Positions 42,035 through 56,550 of a stretch of 64,000 nt of DNA are shown here, piece after piece. Position numbers and translations under genes: made by a program. Every line of letters begins with the position of its first letter. Within the stretch, counting starts at the first letter, position 1. The notes beneath the pieces are model-generated. The model was not told where the DNA came from. It searched no databases and was given only the letters and a program-made list of their open reading frames with translations. Location: NCBI RefSeq assembly GCF_009914755.1, contig NC_060937.1; one strand, 5' to 3'. The DNA comes from the human T2T-CHM13v2.0 reference genome, Homo sapiens.

Positions 42035-42820
42035 AGACAAAATATTTGTCCTTTGTCCCCACAAAGCTCTTATGAAAACCTTAGAATTTCCTGAGCAATA
42101 AGGGAGATAGGAGCCTCTTCTGTTATTCACAATAAGTCCATTTCAACCTTAACTGAATTTATGCTAACGAATAAATTAGCATTTATTCATTATTTATTCA
42201 GCTCGTGGTGGGCTTCTAATTAGCTTCAGGATGGGGCTGGTCACCAGGAAGAACAAAAATTGATTCAAAGCTTGGAATTTTCAGCCCCACTTCCTAACCT
42301 CTGGGAAGGGGAGAGGGTCTGGGTAATGAGCTCAATCAACAATGGCCAGCGTTTTAATCAATTATGCCTACATAATGAAACTTCCATAAAATCCTTTAAA
42401 TGGTGAGTTTTGGGGAGCTTCCAGGTAGGTGAAGACATTGAAATTCTGAAAGAATGGTATACCTGGAAAGGACGTGGAAGCTCTGTGCCTGCCTCCCTAT
42501 ACCTCGCCCTGTGCATCTCTTCCATTTGGTTGTTCCTGAGTGTTCCTTTATAATAAAGGGGTAATAATAAACTACTTACCTGAGTTCTGTGAGTCATTAC
42601 AGCATATTATCACACCTGAGAGGAAGGTTGTGGAACCCTCAAACTTATAGTTGGCTGAGCAGAAATATGAGTCGTAGTCTGGCATGATTGAGCTCTTAAC
42701 TCATGGGGTCTGCACTAATTCCAGGAGTTGATATCAGAACTGAATTCTTAGATACTCAGTTGGAGTCAGAGAATTAGAATTGTTTGGTGTGGGAAAATTT
42801 CCACATATTTGGTGCTAGAA
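42035..42820 (+). mobile_element. MER21-like LTR
   Basis: gagcttccaggtaggtgaagacatt...ccctgtgcatctcttccatttgg...ctgagttctgtgagtcatt. Confidence 0.75.
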
Positions 42821-43099
42821 CATGTCACATGGCCAAATGAGAAATATCTACATTGTTAAGATGAGCCATATCTGTGTTCAGGAGGGGAAATATCTTTGGC
42901 TAGGACATGGGTTTCCTGGGAGCTTCAGAGAGAGGTACAATTGCCCAAAGGAGGTGCTTGGATGTTATAATATAGATATTGTAAGGAAGAGAATCAATAT
43001 TATTTGACATTTATGTAAGAAAAGCCTGAGGATTCCCAGACTAAGTCAGAAGTGACTTCTGGGCTGAGTTTTCCATGACTGCATTGATTATTAATTTTT

Positions 43100-43240
43100 T
43101 ATTCATTTATTCAATAAAGATATATTGATTTTCTGTTATGTGCTAAGCATTTGAAATACAGCAGTGACAAGTCCTCATCTTGAGATAGGCTATTATTTAG
43201 CAAAAGGGAAAAGACATTGAAGCAATAATTAAATAAATGA
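43100..43240 (-). mobile_element. L2 3' fragment
   Basis: attcatttattcaataaagatatattg...atgtgctaagca...atacagcagtgacaag. Confidence 0.6.
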
Positions 43241-44976
43241 AGAGCTGATGAGAACTAAAGACTACGGTTATATTTTTTAAAATTTGCTATGCCAGAAGCT
43301 CTCAGGAATATGCAAGAGGGAGACTAAATTTAGAATTAAAAAACCTTCTGGAATTACTTAACTACCCTGCACTTTGTGATATTCTTTCCTCCAAGAAAGC
43401 ATAACATTCTTTAATGCAACTCATACAAAAAAACATAGAAGAGGATAGAGATAAGGAAGTTTAAAATTCTTGTTAGAGATACGTGATGCCCTGAGATAGG
43501 TCATAATTCCCCAGTTTCTAATGGAGTACTTTGTGGTAGCGATATCCCTATTCAGGATGTTCTAGTTTTACTGTGAGGAAGATCTTCCTCTTCAATAAAA
43601 TGAGATGATAAAGAGTTATGATGCATAATCTACGTGTAGTATATACTTTGAATATCACATAGTATCACGTAGTATACTTTGAATATCACATAATATACTA
43701 CATAATATGTAGTATATTATTAGAATAGAGTATTTGATTTTCTGAACAGAACACAAAGCATTGTCTGTTTTAGGAATTGGCCTGTCTTCAGGATCCATTC
43801 CCTTATTTCAATCATTCTTAAATTCTATCCAAGGACTGTTGGTTTTCTACCTTCTTTTCATAATCCCTATAAATTGTTTCCTATTTGCAAGTATTTACTC
43901 CATTCTTCAAATTTGACTAAAACAACAAAAATGAATACTCACAGCATACTACAGTAGGCCATCCTAGTACAGCCTACTGACCCTAACAATCTCTGATTTC
44001 TATAGTGTTTCAACCGTTGATCTCCCTTGGAACAGATGACCTGAGATCAGAAAAGAGAGGTGCTCATTATTTATGCAGGCAGTTGGTTATTTAACACATC
44101 TTTAACTCTTAAAATTACCCTTCCAAAACTTGTACATCTCTGAGGAGACATTTCTAGAGATGGAACTCCCATTTTGACTAAAGCTTTTGTTAAAATCAGA
44201 GGGGCAGGGCTATAACTGCCCAGCCAAATTCTTGATTCGATGCAAAATACAAGTAGGTTGGGTTCTTATGCCTGAGCCTATAGAAAACTCTACATACCCT
44301 GTCTTCATGTAATGAAATTGGTCTTCTCCTTGAATGCAGTTTTCAAGCTGCTGAATTCTGCACCTGCAGCAATTTCTGGCTTATTTTCAAGAAAGTCCCA
44401 GGGAATCACAAATTATAGAGCTATATGCCTTGCACAGAAGTTTAACAACATAGCCCCATGTAGTCTTTGCATTAAACACATCAGAAATTAAGGGAAATGA
44501 AGATAAACAGCAAATATTAAAATTTGGTTGCACTCAGCATGTATGAAAGTAGGGGTTGTACAGTCGTTTGCTTAGTGTTTCTATGGCCCAAATAAGCCTA
44601 CTTTTAGTTATTTCCTGCACCTTTCTAAAATCCTAACACTATGTGTCAGGAGTAATGAGTCTCTATTTTTAAAAAATTGTGTTTAACCATATTAAATCCA
44701 ATAATGAAGTCTCTGAAATAATTCAGACAGCAGTGCTGTCAATCAGTAGAGCTTTTTCAAGAAACACTAATTGTCCTGTGAGATGGTGCAGCAGGCTGTG
44801 TAGAAAGTTGAACATTTACATGATCTCTAGCCAAATTTCCAGTGTCTGCCTAGATTTATGGCTTTCAGTCTCACTGAAGTTTTGTAGTCTCATATGACAC
44901 TCATTGTATTCGTATCTATTGACTGATGACATATCAGCTAATAAGTACATAAATATAAGTAATGTTAGAAAATCAC

Positions 44977-45291
<315 letters not shown>

Positions 45292-45299
45292 CTATCTTT

Positions 45300-46168
45300 T
45301 AACCCCCAGGGGAATAACATTGATAGATACTAAAACTAATGGGCAAAGGTGCAAAGGTTTTGGGGAACAGGAAATTCACATGGTCTTAACATATCACCCT
45401 ATAGATTACTTGCGATTTACAAAGGGAAAAATGAAACTTTGAAGTGGAGACATGTGCCCATGATCATCTTAACCAGGTGACCAACTTAGCATCCCTAATA
45501 GTAGGACAACTGGCTTTATGTGCCTCTTGATTGCAATGCCATGAGAAGTACACAGTATCACGTCTGAAATATTCTTGCAAAAAATGTTTAAGATGAATCT
45601 GTTAATGAAGCATCAGACAAATCCATTATGTGGGATATTCTACAAGACCATTGGCCTGGCCTCTTCTAAAAAATTAATGTCATAAAAAATGAAAATGAGT
45701 GAGGGGACTATTCTATATTAAAAGAGACTAAAGAAAAAACAGCCAAAGACCTTCTTTGAATCTCATTTAGATCTTAGGTCAGAAAAAAAACCCCAAGACT
45801 TAAAAATTGTTTTTAGGACAATTGGTGAAATTTAAATATGGTCAGTTTCTCTCTTTTTTCTGTCTGTTATTATTATGTTAGTAGGTATGAGAGTCACATA
45901 GTGGTTGTGTTGGTACATTCCTTTTATTTTAATTTTAGATAATGCTCAGGTAAGGGGTAAAGAGAAATGATACCTGGAATTTACTTACAAAAGTAGCAGC
46001 AAGATAAAAGCATTGAGTAAGCTCACAAGAAAGTGAGCAAGAGAAAATGGACATATACTGCTAATAATGCTAAGAATTGATGAAACTAGATGGAGGGCCT
46101 GTGGGTGTCCATGTGCTATTCTTCCAACTCCTCTGTACCTTTGAAAATGTTCAAAATAAAAAGTTGGG
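45300..46168 (+). mobile_element. Old L1ME/L1MC4-like 3' end
   Basis: tagattacttgcgatttacaaagggaaaa...gtacctttgaaaatgttcaaaataaaaagtt. Confidence 0.7.
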
Positions 46169-46929
46169 AGAAAATCTGGATATTGAATCTAAATGTACAC
46201 AAGAATCTCCTAAATGTCAGAAACTGAGTTAAATAATATATTTAAATTAATTGGAATCATATTAAATAGAAAAACACCTCCTTATATTTGAACCATCATA
46301 GAACATTTTATGTGGATGACACATTCAGTCGTACTTATAGATTCCCAGAGCTCTTGAAGTAACTCACACCCAGCTTTTTTGGGGATCTGCCGCCTAGGGA
46401 AGGGAGCTCTCTGTTCTACAGAGGATTGCTTCCTTGTAATAAAAGTTAGTCTGATAGATCTCTGTGCCTAATGTAAAGCTACTCTTCATTTCAAAAATAA
46501 AAATTATACTCAGTGCAGCTGCTTTGGAAGATAATGTTCATTCTCGGGCTTTAACAATGATTGTATCTGCCTTGCTGGAATGGTGGCTCTGTCCGACTGC
46601 TGTCCTATAAGCATTTCCAGTTCTATGGAGAAGAACACATTTTCCTTAAGGCTGTCTCAAAATTAGTTTATCTTTCTATGAATATTCTGTTTGCTCTCAG
46701 TTGACAAATTTCTAGATCTCTTACTCTATTGGCAGCACATTTTACTTTGTTTCATAACCACTTCCTGAGTCCCTGTTCTGTGCACTATTCTAAGCATATG
46801 ACTGTAAATATAGTAACTTTTTAAATAAAATTGTGACTTTGAAAAGGGAAGTTCATATTAAGTATGCTCACAAACTCAGAATAACAAGAAAAAGGCCTGA
46901 AATATAAAGTACTTAAAATATATTTTACT

Positions 46930-47257
<328 letters not shown>

Positions 47258-47267
47258 CTAAAAGCCC

Positions 47268-48800
47268 TTTATTGTAAAATTAAACAGATACAAAGAATTG
47301 TATAAAATGAATATGTAACATGAATTATAAGGCAAATGGCTTTGTAGCTATCACCCAAATTAAGAAATAGAACTGTGTTAGTCACCTTCGAAGATGGTGC
47401 AACTTTGTATTTGCAATTCCCCATGCTCTTTCCACTTTTTCTAAAAGTAACCACTATCCTGACTTTAATCACTGTTTTTCACTCTTCTTTGTTTTATCAC
47501 CAAAGTGTGCAACCTTGAATACTCTGGTTTCCTCCCTCCCTTTCTTCTTTTCATATACATATTTTATATATATGTATATATGTGTATATATGTATGTATG
47601 TATATATACATGTATATATACATATACACACACACAAGCACACACACATTTTAGTGCTCGTGTAGTGAAGAATAGTTCCTTTACAGTCTCTTTAGTGTAC
47701 AGATTTTCTTTCCATCTCCCCTTTCTCGCTTGCAATTTATTTGTTGAAAAAACCGAGATCTTTGATCCATCGTGTTTCCCCCGGTCTGGATTATATTTTG
47801 CATTCTCAACATATGGCTTAGCATATTCCTCTGTCCCCTTTATTTCCTATATATTTGTATCTGGATATAAAAACTTAGACATGAATTTTTTGGCAAAACC
47901 ATTTCATAGGTGGTGTGTGTCCTTTACTGCTGATGTTAGTAGCCATTGCCACTGAAAGGTTAGATCCAGTAATTCATTAAGATAGCAATGTGATGATACT
48001 CTAATTCTTTCTCTATCATTTGAAACCTTCTACAAGAAACTTAAGCTCATCTACTATTTGGCTATTCTTATGTATAGCTATAATTGAAAAGACAGGATAA
48101 ATGTATTTTATTCTTTATTTACCAATTTTAAAATAATAAGTTGCTCACTATCATCTTACACTGCTGATCAATTAGGGTACCACTTTTAAGAAATACCATT
48201 ATGAACTTATGGTTTAAACATTATTAGTATGTAGTTATAATCCTTATTAAGACTTAATTTGACTGTCTTTGAGAGGCCTCCTTAATCTGGCCCCTGGATC
48301 TTTTGCATATGCCCCCAGTCTTTGATGGCTTTCTTGCTCTCTGGTAGGACATGTTCTTGTACATTTCTTGTTCCTGTTATCAACCATTTGCCAAAGATCA
48401 CTGACGTCTTTTAGCAGAAATGGTTTCTGAAGACCATAAGCTAGGTGCCACTGGTGTTTACTGATACTGAGTTGGACACTGTTTTTTTTTAGGCCTGCAG
48501 TGGACAGTATTTAGGGGGAAAAATGTTACCTAAAATCTACAAAGATATTTTATACTGAGAAATGACACTTAAAAGTCAAACTTATAATACAGGATTTCTT
48601 TTTAATAGATTCTATCTTACATGTGAATCTGTGAATCTTCTTTTTCACATCGGGAATCTTGATTCTGAAATACATGGGATGATTGAGATATCATATAATT
48701 ATTCACTTATGTCACATTACTTATGCAACAGGCTCAGAATTACACACTAATACTACCATCATTAATATAAAAACAGTTAATGTTTCTTTATGCACATGTT
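47268..48800 (-). mobile_element. Old L1MC/L1ME 3' end containing a (TA)n(CA)n tract
   Basis: ttttattgtaaaattaaacagatacaaag...aaaagtaaccactatcctgacttt; TA/CA tract 47552-47648. Confidence 0.6.
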
Positions 48801-49550
48801 CTCCTCATTCTTCCCCATTAAAAAAAGTTACAGAATCTCTTTATTGTCATAGCATATAGCTGTGGAATACTCTATTATCATACTTTTTAACATTATTGAG
48901 TCTTAGTTTTTACTTTTCTATTTAATGCTCATTACCCATCCTTTTGTCAGTTTTTCTTTAATCATTTTGGTTATCTGAAACTTGTTCTCTAGTAGATTCT
49001 GCAGGAAAATAATGTGAAAATATTCCCAAAGCTACTGCATGTTGATATTTGTTTCATGTGGTCATATTTGCATGGCAGTTTGGGTATAAAATCTTTGTTT
49101 TACATTTTTTTTTGATATCTTAAATGCTGCTTTATTTTCCTTTGGTGTAAAGCATTGCTGTTGAAAAGTCTGATAAAAATATAATTTCTCTGTAAGTGAT
49201 GTCGCTTTTTTGCTTTGATACTCAAAGTTTGTTTTTTTCTTAAATCCCACTAATTTTACTAGACTATTTCTTTGTGTTGGTAATTTCTAGTTCTAATTTT
49301 TCAGGTATACTACATGTTTCAGTATTTGGTTTCAGTGTGTAGTTTTGAGTTTTTTAATTACAGAATTTTTAAAATCATGTTTTTTGGTATTCTGTTTTCT
49401 CAATTTGATTTCCTCTTTGGACATTCATATTTCTGTATGAGCTTGAACAATGATTGTGTCTGCCTTTGCTGGAATGGTGGCTCCTCTACCTACTTTTCAA
49501 TATTTGTTACTTATTCTCAAGTTATTTTTATCTGTTTCTTCATAGTTTTT

Positions 49551-50384
49551 CTTAAAATTTTTTTTTTTTAGAACAGTTTTAGGTTCATAGCAAATTGAGC
49601 ATAACGTACAGAGAGGTTTCATATATCCCCTGTCTTCTTCTCCACATATACCTCCCCCAACTATTGACATCCCCCACCAGTGTGGTGCGTTTGTTATAAC
49701 TGATGAACCTACATCAACACATCATCATTGTCCACAGTCTATAATTTACATTAAGATTCTTGGTGTTGTACATCCTCTGAGTTTGGAGAAATGTGTAATG
49801 ACATATGTCCACCCTTACAGTATCATACAAAGAGTTTCACTGCCCTAAAGATCCTTCATGCTTTGCCATTTTTGGGGAAGCCTTTGGAACCCCTAGCAAC
49901 CACTGATCTTTTACTATCTTTGTAGTTTTACCTTCTTCTCCAGAATACCATATATTTGGAATCATGCAGTATGTAGCTTTTTTAGATTGGCTGTTTTAAC
50001 TCAGTAATATGCATTCACATCTTTTTTTATGTCTTTTAATGACTTAAGAGCTCATTTCCTTTATGCTGAAAATATTCCATTGTCTGAACGTACCACAGTT
50101 TGTTTATTCATTCACCTACTGGAAGGCATCTCAGTTGCTTCCAATTTTAGGCAATTATGAATAAAGCTATGAATAAAGGAGTATGATTGCTGGATTCTAT
50201 GGTGAGCATGTTTAGTTTTGTAAGAAACTGAGCAGCTGTCTTCCAAAGTGGCTGTGCCATTTTGCATTTCCACCAGCAATAAATGAGAATTCTTGCTGTT
50301 CAACAACCTCGCCAGCATTTGGGGTTGTCAGTGTTTTGGATTTTCTCACTCTAATAGCTGTGTGGTGGTATTTCATTGTTTTGA
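49551..50384 (-). mobile_element. L1MC1-like 3' end
   Basis: ttagaacagttttaggttcatagcaaattgagc...cagcatttggggttgtcagtgttttggatttt. Confidence 0.85.
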
Positions 50385-50396
50385 CTTCATATGTTT

Positions 50397-50559
50397 TTGA
50401 GAGCTTGTTTGGAATTTCTAGTAGGGGAGTACAGCTACTCATATACCCTTGAGCAAAGAATGGTCCTCCTCTATTGAGGAAGGTCATCCTCTTTTCAGCC
50501 CAATCAACTCTGGCCATAAATGGGGTGATAGATGTTGCAGCCAGATTGCCCTCACATCC
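50397..50559 (-). pseudogene. 7SK snRNA retropseudogene (RN7SK-derived), 3'-truncated and internally deleted
   Basis: Minus strand GGATGTGAGGGCAATCTGGCTGCAACATC...GGCTGA|AAAGAGGATGACC...TAGAAATTCCAAACAAGCTCTCAA corresponds to 7SK nt ~1-64 joined to ~141-238; no Pol III promoter or terminal U-run. Confidence 0.95.
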
Positions 50560-50854
50560 CTTTATACTTTTGTGATTTTTAAAATTCCTCTCCCTTTTAC
50601 CTTCTACATCTTTTATGTCTACTTTTAATTCTTCTTTCTAGTTTAATGTTCTTTTCTGAAATTATTCTTTTATTTCCAATTCTGTTCTGAATTCTATCAT
50701 CTCATTTGAGTTTTTCCCATTCTGATTTGTATCGATCTTCATGACTTTTATCATTTTTTTCTAATGAATTCGGCTCATTTTGAAATATTAGATTCTAATT
50801 TTTATGTATTTTTGAGCATGCCTTTATGGCATACATTTATTCTAGCAATTCAAG

Positions 50855-51005
50855 CAATGTGATCTAGAAAAAGTCTTACTCTCTGTGAGCCTCAGTTTTC
50901 CCAGTTATAAAATGGTGAGAATAATTCTTAATTCATTTATGATTAACTCCAAATGCCTGACCAAATTTTAAAGTTATGTAGATGTGTAAAGCACTTTACA
51001 GGTGT
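50855..51005 (+). mobile_element. MIR fragment
   Basis: ctctgtgagcctcagttttcccagttataaaatgg...gtaaagcacttt. Confidence 0.7.
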
Positions 51006-51922
51006 AACACATTATTTCTACGTCTGCAACTTAAAAAGTATATTAACTGTCTTCCTGACAATCAACATTCCTTATGTCTCACTTGGCAAATCCTCAGTTG
51101 GTGCTTCCTGGTCATATTGACCTTAGTGCTACAGATTGTGTATGTTCATTTTCCCCTTTTTCTTATATTAACTTAGTATGGCATTAGCCTCATGTCTTTT
51201 CTGTTGATTTTTTTAATGAAATTTGTTTTCTTACAGTTTAGAAGGAGGAGTTAAGGTAACTTTTCTAACTTTACACTCGAAAGCAAATTCTTTTGTTGTG
51301 TGTAGTGTTAAAAAATATGACCATTTACTTTCCTAGATCTCCTGGTTCTGTTCTCATCCCCATTTAAAAAAAATGTATTCATTTACATGTTCTCATCCCC
51401 TCATTTTTTTTTTAATGGAGGGATGAGAACAGAGCTCTTTCCTTTTTCTCTGATAGTCTCATGTTTCTCAATTTTGATTTTATTCCCAGCACTTCATCCT
51501 TAGTGTTGGGCTTCAGCCTGGAAAGGAGCTTTGGAGATTAGTTTTGACCCACCCCTGGATGATGCAAAACCCACACGGTTTCAGCTGCGATTCTCACATT
51601 GTTCCTCTGAAATTTCCAGTAAACTCTTACTGGCTGTTTTGGGGCTCTTAGGGCCGTAGGATGCCTCCTTGCTCCCCCATCTTTTCCCTGGCACACATGC
51701 GGTGCCTGTCTTATAGCTAGTGAAGGTTTGTCCACGTCTGCCTGTATTTTGGAATGGGTGAGGATACCTTGTCACCTCAGTTTGTTGAAGATATTGCGCA
51801 TCTGTTTTTGTCTTTTCTAGTTGTCTATTTTTTTTTTCGTGGGATTTAAATAAATTCAAAAACTATGCTGCCACTGCTTCCATCTTCCTTGTATAAAATT
51901 TTGTGATGTTTAAGAATATTTA

Positions 51923-52255
<333 letters not shown>

Positions 52256-53159
52256 TTATAATAGCACATAGTTGAGTCATTCATGGAACTAAAATAGTTT
52301 CAACCAACAGATGGTTTTGTAATAAATATTTTTTGTAATATACGAATACTTAGAAATTGGCTTTAAGTAGGACTGATTTACCTAGCACAGTTATCTGTGG
52401 TCTCATAAAACTGGCTTAGTTTCATGAAATACCTTGTTTTCTCTCTAGTCAGTCCTTCAACTTCTAGTGCCTTACATTTTTTCAAAGAAGTAAGTGTGGC
52501 AATTCCCTATCTAGGAGCATAGACATGGATGGCTCACAATTACAGTAATCCTCCTATCCAGAATCATGAACCATACTTTATTTTCTAATTCTCTTAACTT
52601 CTGTGGTATAATTTTGCTTCACAAACCCTTCTAACACTACTTTTAGTTTGCTATGTGTAAATACTCTTTGGATGTAAAAACAATATTGAATTGTAAACTT
52701 TTGCTCTCTTTTGAAGGTCTCTGCTGAGCTTTTGAGATCTTGGTGTCAATGTAGGAGAAAATTCTAGTGGTTGACAAAATAATGTAAATAAGAGAATAAA
52801 AACATAGTAAATTGGAAAAATGAGCAGAAAGTCATACTTTTAAATACACATACATTTTTCTAGCTCAGATATTATTAAAAGAAGTCCAAAAGCACTTTTT
52901 ATGTCATTTGCCCATCATGCTTTTCTTAGTGTGCCCTTAGGGCCCAGATTTTGTTTCGTCTCTAATTTTGTTCTCTACATAAAAGGGACCAAGTCTCATT
53001 GGAGGTATTTGACTTCCTGCCTTAGGGTGGGAAAACAAATCAAGATATTTGAGTACAGTTTCAATTATCCTGTTGTCAGGAGGCAAGAATTCTTTCAAAA
53101 ATGTAAGGGGCAGTAAAAAAGAAAAAAAAAAGTGAAAAAGTCTGCTTAAGGGACTTCCT

Positions 53160-53297
53160 GGCCAGGTGTTGTGGCTCATGCCAGTAATCCCGACATTTCA
53201 GGAGGCCAAAGTGGGAGGATCGCTTGAGTCCAAGAGTTTGAAACCAGCCTGGGCAACATGACAAGACCCCATCTCTATTTAAGAAGAAAAAGAAAAA
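53160..53297 (+). mobile_element. FLAM/AluJ left monomer
   Basis: ggaggatcgcttgagtccaagagtttgaaaccagcctgggcaacatgacaagacccc plus A tail. Confidence 0.85.
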
Positions 53298-53769
53298 GAC
53301 TTATAAGCATCAAATAATGATAACAATACTTATAAATTTGCATCTGCATAAAGTCATGAATTCATACTACAAGTAAAACAGGTCACTATTAAGTATATAA
53401 ACGATAGTTATTCTATACAGTAAACTTGTATGTACTTGGATATTTAAAAATTTTTACTGAGTTTATAGCAGAAGTAATATTGTATGTTGGTATTCTGGTT
53501 CTTCTATTAATCTATTTTAACGAAGTATAGATATACTTTTATTTGTGTAAGCAAGAAAGAATTTCTGTACAAAGTAGGAACTCTATTATAAAGAACAGGG
53601 AGTACTGATTAGCACTGGTAATCATCTACAATAACCTAGTAAATTGGGTGAAAAATTAATCAGGCCCGTTGATGAAGAAGAATGGAGATTTTTAAATTTT
53701 TGTCTACAGTAAGTAAATCAGCCTAATCTTCTAAAGAAGTTAGCTGTTCATAGAGATTAAGCCCTAGAT

Positions 53770-53960
53770 CAAGCCTGTCCAACCTGTTGCCTGGGACGGC
53801 TTTGAATGTGGCCCACAAAAATTCACAAACTTTCTTAAAACATTATGAGATTTTTTTGCAATTTTTAAAAAGCCCATCAGGTATCTTTAGTGTTAGTGTA
53901 TTTTATGTGTGGCTCAAGACAATTCTTCTTCCAGGGAAGCCAAAAGTTTAGATATCCCTG
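53770..53960 (-). mobile_element. MER30 (hAT-Charlie)
   Basis: caagcctgtccaacc...gatatccctg; perfect 8-bp TSD ccctagat (53762-53769 / 53961-53968). Confidence 0.92.
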
Positions 53961-54017
53961 CCCTAGATGGCTCCAGTAATTAGACTAAAAAAGTCTGGTA
54001 AGAAATACATACTCTTA

Positions 54018-54351
<334 letters not shown>

Positions 54352-56084
54352 CTAGGCCCATATATCATAGTGACAGACAATAGATTAGGGACCAGGACAT
54401 CCAAAAATTTAAAAATACATAATTTTCAAAAAGATGTCAATTTTCATAAACTTGAAAGCTAAAACATTTATTATACAACAGGATTCATCCTGTGATGCTC
54501 AGTGTCATCTGTTAGAATCACCATAGCCTTTATAATCACACCTAAGATACAGATCCAGGGTCATGTAGCCAATAACTCAGAATCTGCACCCTTGACTTGT
54601 GTGAGACCATTATTTTTCTTCTGGGTCTGGCAAGATCAACAGAACTCTAAGAATAACCAAAAATGGGAGCACTAGCAATGTGTCAAAATAAGTCTAAAAA
54701 TAAGAAACACGATTAAACCCATTTTAGAATTTTGATAACTAGCTTTAATGTAAAGGTATTAAGTTTTGTACTTACTGTTTTTGTACATGAATTGCTGTTT
54801 AACATGCTCGATATATTCAGAAGAATCAACCATACTAAATTTGTAACTACAGTTAAAATTACTTGAGGGAATTTAATTAATGAAATGTATAATCAGCATC
54901 TGAACAAAAATTGGTTTTCAAAGCTTTTATCAGATATAGGAATTTAATAAATTGGACCTTAAACCAAGTACCATAGTAGTATATATTTCTCTTCTTGAAT
55001 AAAAACCCTTTGTTGTAATTGTTGTTGGTTCTCTAGAGAGAAGATGTTAAACTTAAAACCAACATCTACTCATAAAATTTAACTTGCTTTTCAAATCCTT
55101 TTTCTTCTGGTTTTAAGAAGCTGCAGCAGTGAAACCTAACCAGCATTATGACTCATCACACTGTGACTCCTCATCGTGTCCACCACCATCCCTTGGTTAT
55201 GTAATTTCAGTCATTGCTGAAATGAAAGCAGAGGACCTCAAGCACAGTGAACAAGTTGGCTGTGCAGGAGCAGGAGCAGAATTGTCTTTTTCAGTATTAG
55301 ACTTGCAACTTGACCCTCTACTTTGTTCATAGGATCTTAGATAATGGCCCGAAGCCAAAAAAAAAAAAAAAAAGGCATAAAATGAAACTTTTGAAATATT
55401 GGTCATGGATATTTGTTGTTTTGTCTTTCTTTGCCCCTTCTTTTGGGGTAACCCTTCTTTCTTCTATTTCACCCATGTGCTTCTTGTGGGAGCTAGACTT
55501 ATAGCTCCTTACTTCTCCCCTCCAGGAATGGGCCTGTGTCACGTGAGGCACCACAGTTTTGCACCTTCTTGATCACAAAAATTCATTGAAGGAGGGAGGG
55601 CTGCTATATATAATAAAGCTGTAGGAGAAGTTTTCCTCCCAATCCCCAACCTCCACTTGGTCTTGATGGTTGAAAAGTGTGATCCCGGATGATGACAATG
55701 TGCATGATCTCTGACTCATGCAGAAGCTGATCCATGGTGGAATAAAGGGTGATGCAGAGAGAAGGAAGGCGGGAGCTGGAGAAGCAGGATGCTGTCAGTA
55801 TTTCAGTCTCTGCTCCTAGCTCCTGAAGTCTCAGGAGCTGTCCTCATTCTTCTAGCACTATTCCAGTTTGGCGAGTATGCTAGCTGTTATGTCTCATATC
55901 TAAACCCACCCATCCTATTTTGTCCTACTTTGTGATAATGGATCTGGACTTTTCAGAATAGCTATTTTTCTTTGCCAGGTGGCTTGATGTTAGTCTCAGC
56001 CAATAGGTGGTGCTAAAGGGAGATAGCAAGACTGGGGAAGGAAGAAGGGGCTTTTCTTCTCCCTCTTCTTGTTGCCCTTCTAAC

Positions 56085-56245
56085 AACAATATAGGGTGGA
56101 TACTCTTATTCCCGTTGTGCGCACGGGAAAGTAAATCTAAGAACAATGAAATAACTTGCTCATGATCACACAATAGTAAATGGTGAAGGATTCTTTAACC
56201 CAAATATGCCTGTCATCGAAGTTCAGCTTTTTTCCATTTAGCTGT
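56085..56245 (-). mobile_element. MIR fragment
   Basis: ttattcccgtt...aataacttgctcatgatcacacaatagtaaatgg. Confidence 0.65.
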
Positions 56246-56350
56246 ACTGTTTCTATGGGCAATAAAAGCTCACTGGGAAGATTTTTATTTGTATATATTG
56301 TATACAAATATATTGTATTACTTGTAAATATTGTCCATTGCACCTCAAAT

Positions 56351-56550
56351 CAGTGGTGTGCTAGAGCTGGCTTGTGTAAATTCATAGGAGACAATTTTCC
56401 ATAACTTTTCCCAATTTTGATCAGTGATGTATTGTTGGTAGCTTGAAATTAACTGGAGCAGGAGTATTTATACTGTGAAAATGGGCAAACACTATAAATC
56501 AGTTTTCTTCTCTGTAAAACTGGCTGTTAAGATATACCAACACACCACTG
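56351..56550 (+). mobile_element. MER63A-like hAT MITE
   Basis: Terminal inverted repeats cagtggtgtg / cacaccactg; internal gttggtagcttgaaat...ggagtatttatac. Confidence 0.8.

Larger units (their letters stand above)
48900..51890 (-). mobile_element. HAL1-like element, host of L1MC1, the 7SK copy and a MIR
   Basis: ctagtagattctgcaggaaa...tttgggtataaaatctttg; 5' end ctatgctgccactgcttccatcttcc. Confidence 0.55.

Noticed and set aside
55118-55332. Short ORF after a good acceptor, with an AP-1 site (TGACTCA)
   Set aside because: No convincing donor and no recognisable protein; a single motif is expected by chance.
55500-56080. Possible LTR33/LTR41-like fragments
   Set aside because: Too diverged to assign a family or boundaries by eye.
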